64,000 nucleotides of DNA from the sequence record SRR20825006_2332. One strand, written 5' to 3'. The position numbers were made by a program, and so were the translations under genes. This document shows, in pieces, positions 59,829 through 64,000 of the stretch (position 1 is its first letter; the number at the start of each line of letters is the position of its first letter). The notes beneath the pieces were generated by a model. It ran no database searches, was not told the origin of the DNA, and saw only the letters and a list, made by a program, of their open reading frames with translations.

Positions 59829-61433
59829 ATGATCGCCACCCAATCCGCCGCAAATGAACCCTTCGCCCCAGCCGAGAAAACCTCCAATCCGCAACACGTG
59901 GTTGTCGTTGGCGGTGGCTTGGCGGGATTGTCATCCGCCTGCGTGTTGGCCGCGCGCGGTCACAAAGTCACTCTGTGCGACAAAAATGATTGGGTCGGTG
60001 GCAAAGCGGCCGTGCACCAGACCGAGGGCTATCGGTTTGACATGGGGCCGACAATTCTGACGCTGCCCAGCGTTCTCAAGCGAGTTTTCACCGAAGCTGG
60101 CCGGAAGATGGAGGACTACCTGGAACTTGTCGCGTTGGATCCGCAGTGGCGGTGCTTTTTCGAAGCCACCCCGCAATCCGGCACCACTGAGAACACGGTG
60201 CTGGATTTGGTCGCCGACGTCAATCAGATGAAACGCCATCTGCGTGACTTCACCGGTGGTGAGTCGACCGGTCAAGGCTACGAATCGTTCATCGAACGAA
60301 GCAAACAACTACATGGCGTCTCCGATCGTTTCTTCTTTTGGCGATCGATCGGTGGTTTGGCGGACACGATGGAAGTCGGTGGTGCTTTCTCCGCCGCGGT
60401 TCTGAAGGATGTTCTTTCACTAAAAATGGGACGCAGTGTTGCTTCCATCGTCCGGTCACACGTTCCGGAACATCGCGTGTCACAGATGATGGACCACTTC
60501 ACTCAGTACGTCGGGTCATCGCCCTACGCATCGCCGGCCGTGTTGTGCAGCATCGCTCACATGCAAACCGAAGAAGGCATTTGGTATCCGATCGGCGGCA
60601 CGCGAGCGGTCCCCGAAGCCTTGTCAAAACTCGCTGGTGAACTCGGCGTCGACATTCGAACCGGAACTGACATCCTTCGGATCGAAACCGGCGGTGGATC
60701 CGTCAGCGGTGTGACCACTGCCGGTGGCGAAACGATTGCCTGCGATGCCGTGGTGAGCAACTGCGACGCGGTTCGCACCTACCGCGAATTACTCAGCGGT
60801 ACACCGGAGTCGACCAAGTTTGAAAAGTCCAATCGCTACGAAGCCGCTTGCAGCGGCGTTGTCCTGTATTTGGGACTGAACCGGCGTTACGAACAATTGC
60901 TGCATCACAACTTCGTGTTCTCCAAAGATCCCGAAGAAGAATTCGATTACATCTACAAAAAAGGGCAACCGGCGCCCGATCCAACCGCATATGTTTGTGC
61001 TCCCGCGATCAGCGAACCCGAAGTGGCACCGGACGGTTGTGAATCGCTGTACATCTTGGTTCACACTCCGTACCTGCGTCCCGGTCATGATTGGAAAGCG
61101 ATGCTGCCGGGTTACCGTGACGTGATCTTGGACAAATTGGAACGGACCGCCGGGATGGAAGGCCTTCGTGATGCGATCGTCACAGAAGATTCGCTGACCC
61201 CCGAGGGCATCCACAACCGTTACCGCGTTCTCAACGGCGCCATTTATGGTTTGGCCAGCCATGGAAAATTCACCGGTGCGTTTAAACCTAGCAACCGCCG
61301 CAAAGATCTGCATGGCCTGTACTTGGCCGGCGGTGCGGCACACCCCGGACCTGGCATGCCAATGGTTCTGATGAGCGGCTGGATCGCTGCGGACTCGTTG
61401 GACCAAGACGTCACCAACGGAAAATTCGCGTGA
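59829..61433 (+). CDS. Phytoene desaturase family, CrtP/CrtNb-like diapocarotenoid oxidase
   Basis: VVGGGLAGL, FDMGPTILT, QYVGSSPY, GAIYGL and AHPGPGMPMVLMSG motifs. Confidence 0.85.
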   Translation: MIATQSAANEPFAPAEKTSNPQHVVVVGGGLAGLSSACVLAARGHKVTLCDKNDWVGGKAAVHQTEGYRFDMGPTILTLPSVLKRVFTEAGRKMEDYLELVALDPQWRCFFEATPQSGTTENTVLDLVADVNQMKRHLRDFTGGESTGQGYESFIERSKQLHGVSDRFFFWRSIGGLADTMEVGGAFSAAVLKDVLSLKMGRSVASIVRSHVPEHRVSQMMDHFTQYVGSSPYASPAVLCSIAHMQTEEGIWYPIGGTRAVPEALSKLAGELGVDIRTGTDILRIETGGGSVSGVTTAGGETIACDAVVSNCDAVRTYRELLSGTPESTKFEKSNRYEAACSGVVLYLGLNRRYEQLLHHNFVFSKDPEEEFDYIYKKGQPAPDPTAYVCAPAISEPEVAPDGCESLYILVHTPYLRPGHDWKAMLPGYRDVILDKLERTAGMEGLRDAIVTEDSLTPEGIHNRYRVLNGAIYGLASHGKFTGAFKPSNRRKDLHGLYLAGGAAHPGPGMPMVLMSGWIAADSLDQDVTNGKFA

Positions 61434-62281
61434 CGTCTGAGTCGGATGTCATTGCGAAACCAGCGGATTGGTTTCAGAACGGATTCCATCGATTCCTACA
61501 CTCTTACCTCCGTCGCAACTTTCATGCGATCGCGTTCGCTCGTGAGACAGGACTGAGGTCTCAATTCGAATCGATGGCGACGCCGCTGCCAGAACAAACT
61601 CAGCGTTCACCGCTGGATGACGGCAGCGTTCCGCTGATCGTTTACAGCAACCATGCCTCGTGGTGGGATCCGCTGCTGGCACACTTCATCAACGAGCGAC
61701 TGCTCGCGCCTCGACAGTTTTACGCGCCAATCGATGCGGAAGCCTTGCAGCAATACAAGGTGTTTGAAAAGCTCGGTTTCTTTGGCGTGCAATCAGATTC
61801 GAATCGCGGGGCAGCCCAATTTCTGAAGACCACGGCGGCACTGTTCCGGCGAGATCACAGCGCGTTGTGGGTTACACCGGAAGGTCGCTTCGCAGACGTT
61901 CGCGATCACGAGGCCGAATTGATGCCCGGCTTATCACATGTGTGCTCGAAACTCGATCGAGGCTGGGTCGTGCCTTTGGCGATGGAGTATGTGTTCTGGG
62001 ACGATCGATTGCCGTTGGTCCTGTTTCGCTTTGGCGATGTGATCTCAATCCACACCGCGAGCGATTGGGACAAACAACATTGGACAGACGAACTCACCGA
62101 GCGTCTTCGGTTCAGTCAGTCGCGATTGGCAAAACTTTGCATTGATCGATCCAGCGAACCATTTGAAAATCTATTGCGAGGCAAACGCGGGGCCTCCGGA
62201 ATGTATGACACGGCGAGACGCTTGAAGTCTTGGATGACCGGTCAATCATTCCAAGCCGGCCATGGAGATCAATTTCAATGA
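61430..62281 (+). CDS. PlsC-family acyltransferase, probably carotenoid glycoside acyltransferase
   Basis: NHASWWD (HX4D) and TPEGR motifs. GTGA overlap with the desaturase gene. Confidence 0.85.
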   Translation: MTSESDVIAKPADWFQNGFHRFLHSYLRRNFHAIAFARETGLRSQFESMATPLPEQTQRSPLDDGSVPLIVYSNHASWWDPLLAHFINERLLAPRQFYAPIDAEALQQYKVFEKLGFFGVQSDSNRGAAQFLKTTAALFRRDHSALWVTPEGRFADVRDHEAELMPGLSHVCSKLDRGWVVPLAMEYVFWDDRLPLVLFRFGDVISIHTASDWDKQHWTDELTERLRFSQSRLAKLCIDRSSEPFENLLRGKRGASGMYDTARRLKSWMTGQSFQAGHGDQFQ

Positions 62282-63513
62282 TCGCTTGGCTTCCATGGCT
62301 CATCATCGCCGTCTTACCATTCGTCTCGCTAACCTTGGCCGCTTTGGCAGCTGGGATGTTCGTTTCCAACTTATCCCTTTTTATGGATGGCGCGACTGCG
62401 GACGCGCGCAAGGCGAACGAACCTGACGAGGCCAGTCAAACTAACGAGGTCAGCCCACCTCGCGTATCGGTGTTGATCCCAGCGAGAAACGAAGAGGGTT
62501 CGATCCGCGCTTGCGTTGAATCCATTTTGCAGTCCGTGCAAGTCACCCTCGAAGTCATCGTGCTCGACGATGGCTCGACTGATCAAACAGGCGCGATCGT
62601 CCGCGAACTGATGCAACAAGATCGGCGTGTCGAGTTGATCGAGGGCATCGACTTGCCGGAAGGTTGGAACGGAAAGCAACATGCTTGCTACCGATTGGCT
62701 CAGCATGCCAAATTCGAGCACTTGTTGTTTTTGGACGCCGACGTGCGATTGGAACCAGCCGCTATCATCGGTCTTTGCCAACGACGAAGGGTTCTACATG
62801 AAGGCGGCGACATCGGCTTGCTCAGTGCATTCCCTCAGCAAGTGACCGGCACGCTCGCGGAGAAACTGCTGATCCCGATGATGCATTTCATTTTGCTTTC
62901 TTACTTGCCGTTCGCTCGCATGCGAGGCAGCAACCATCCCGCGTATGCATCCGGATGTGGACAGCTGTTCTTCACGACACAAGATGCCTATCAAGCGGCG
63001 GGAACCCATGCTGCGATTCGATCCAGCCGCCACGATGGGCTGAAGTTACCCAAAGCGTATCGCGAAAATGGAATGCTGACGGACTGCGTGGATGGATCGC
63101 GTTGGGCCAAGTGCCGGATGTACACAACGACTGGCGAGGTCGTGCAGGGACTGCTCAAGAATGCTCACGAGGGCATCGCGAATTCACGGTTGTTGATTCC
63201 GTTCACGATCCTTTTAGGCGGAGCCAATCTGTTGCCTTGGATCACGCTGGCAATCGCATTTGCGAAACGATCGAGCTTGATCGCGGAAGGTTTGCCGGTT
63301 CCAACATCGATCGTGATTGGAATCGTGGTCAGCTGGATCGCGATTTTGGTGAGTTACGTACCTCGATTGATCGCCGCGATCCGTTTGCGTCAAAGCATTG
63401 TCGGAGCGATCCTCCATCCGATCGCCATCCTCGGCTTCCTACTGATCCAGTGGTGGGCGTTCTGGAATCACCTCCGAGGTCGCCAAGTCACCTGGCGCGG
63501 CCGACTGGGCTGA
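62278..63513 (+). CDS. GT2 glycosyltransferase, CrtQ-like
   Basis: SVLIPARNEE, DDGSTD, GWNGKQHAC, FLDADV, CRMY and VTWRGR motifs. ATGA overlap with the acyltransferase. Confidence 0.88.
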   Translation: MIAWLPWLIIAVLPFVSLTLAALAAGMFVSNLSLFMDGATADARKANEPDEASQTNEVSPPRVSVLIPARNEEGSIRACVESILQSVQVTLEVIVLDDGSTDQTGAIVRELMQQDRRVELIEGIDLPEGWNGKQHACYRLAQHAKFEHLLFLDADVRLEPAAIIGLCQRRRVLHEGGDIGLLSAFPQQVTGTLAEKLLIPMMHFILLSYLPFARMRGSNHPAYASGCGQLFFTTQDAYQAAGTHAAIRSSRHDGLKLPKAYRENGMLTDCVDGSRWAKCRMYTTTGEVVQGLLKNAHEGIANSRLLIPFTILLGGANLLPWITLAIAFAKRSSLIAEGLPVPTSIVIGIVVSWIAILVSYVPRLIAAIRLRQSIVGAILHPIAILGFLLIQWWAFWNHLRGRQVTWRGRLG

Positions 63514-63564
63514 GACAAGCCGATTCATTCTGACACGGCCCACTCTCACTCCATTAAGATTTGC

Positions 63565-64000
63565 ATGTCATGTGACATTCGTCCGTCGACTGTTTTTCTT
63601 CTTTTATGGATCGGAGTTTCAATGGTTATTTGGCGGGTTAGCCGACAACACGTGACCTGGCTGTGCGCTGGCATGCTATTGATATTTGGCGGGTCCGGCG
63701 CCGCGGATGAGTTACTGAGTTTGCACTTGAATCGAGTTGCCCACGGTCAATTCCCGGCACAGCATTGGTACCCTGCGGACCGCCCGGCAATCAAGAATGA
63801 GAGTGAATCCATGCTCGAGTTGCTGGAGACACTTTCCTTGCTCGACGAAGATGCGATGAACGAAATCAAGTTAGCGCACGCGGATCGTTCTGTCTTTGTT
63901 CATGACTTGAAACTAGAAAACCTGAGGGCTCGAATCGATCAGATCTGCGAAATTCACCGTCCGATTCTGAACCAGCTCAAACGCATCCAATGGTCCGATG
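63565..64000 (+). CDS. Hypothetical protein, truncated by the window edge
   Basis: Open frame from ATG 63565 (MSCDIRPSTVFLLLWIG...) to the window end with a hydrophobic N-terminus. Not in the supplied ORF track. Confidence 0.55.
   Translation, partial: MSCDIRPSTVFLLLWIGVSMVIWRVSRQHVTWLCAGMLLIFGGSGAADELLSLHLNRVAHGQFPAQHWYPADRPAIKNESESMLELLETLSLLDEDAMNEIKLAHADRSVFVHDLKLENLRARIDQICEIHRPILNQLKRIQWSD

Overview
A gene-dense window with about 40 CDS. Gene content (DUF1592/DUF1552 pair, TIGR02999-type ECF sigma with Ser/Thr kinase, FGE-sulfatase-domain protein, MfnD-like ligase) points to a planctomycete, most likely Rhodopirellula; this assignment is inference. No rRNA, tRNA, CRISPR array, transposase, integrase or phage gene was recognised. 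Housekeeping genes are proB, xylB, hisI, dapB, mqnD, comB and a SufT-like gene. Notable systems are: (i) an isolated, fully reducing type I PKS module (KS-AT-DH-ER-KR-ACP-TE); (ii) a C30-carotenoid tailoring operon (aldehyde dehydrogenase, CrtP-like oxidase, acyltransferase, GT2), divergent from a nitroreductase and a sigma-54 activator with no regulatory domain; (iii) an HDAC / ECF sigma / membrane Ser/Thr kinase / hybrid His kinase run; (iv) a WXG100/ESAT-6-like gene coupled to a TPR gene with no T7SS machinery in view; (v) several families of REP-like palindromic repeats at gene 3' ends, one nested and one supplying a protein C-terminus. All calls come from motif reading by eye. No database search was run, and several start codons are best guesses.
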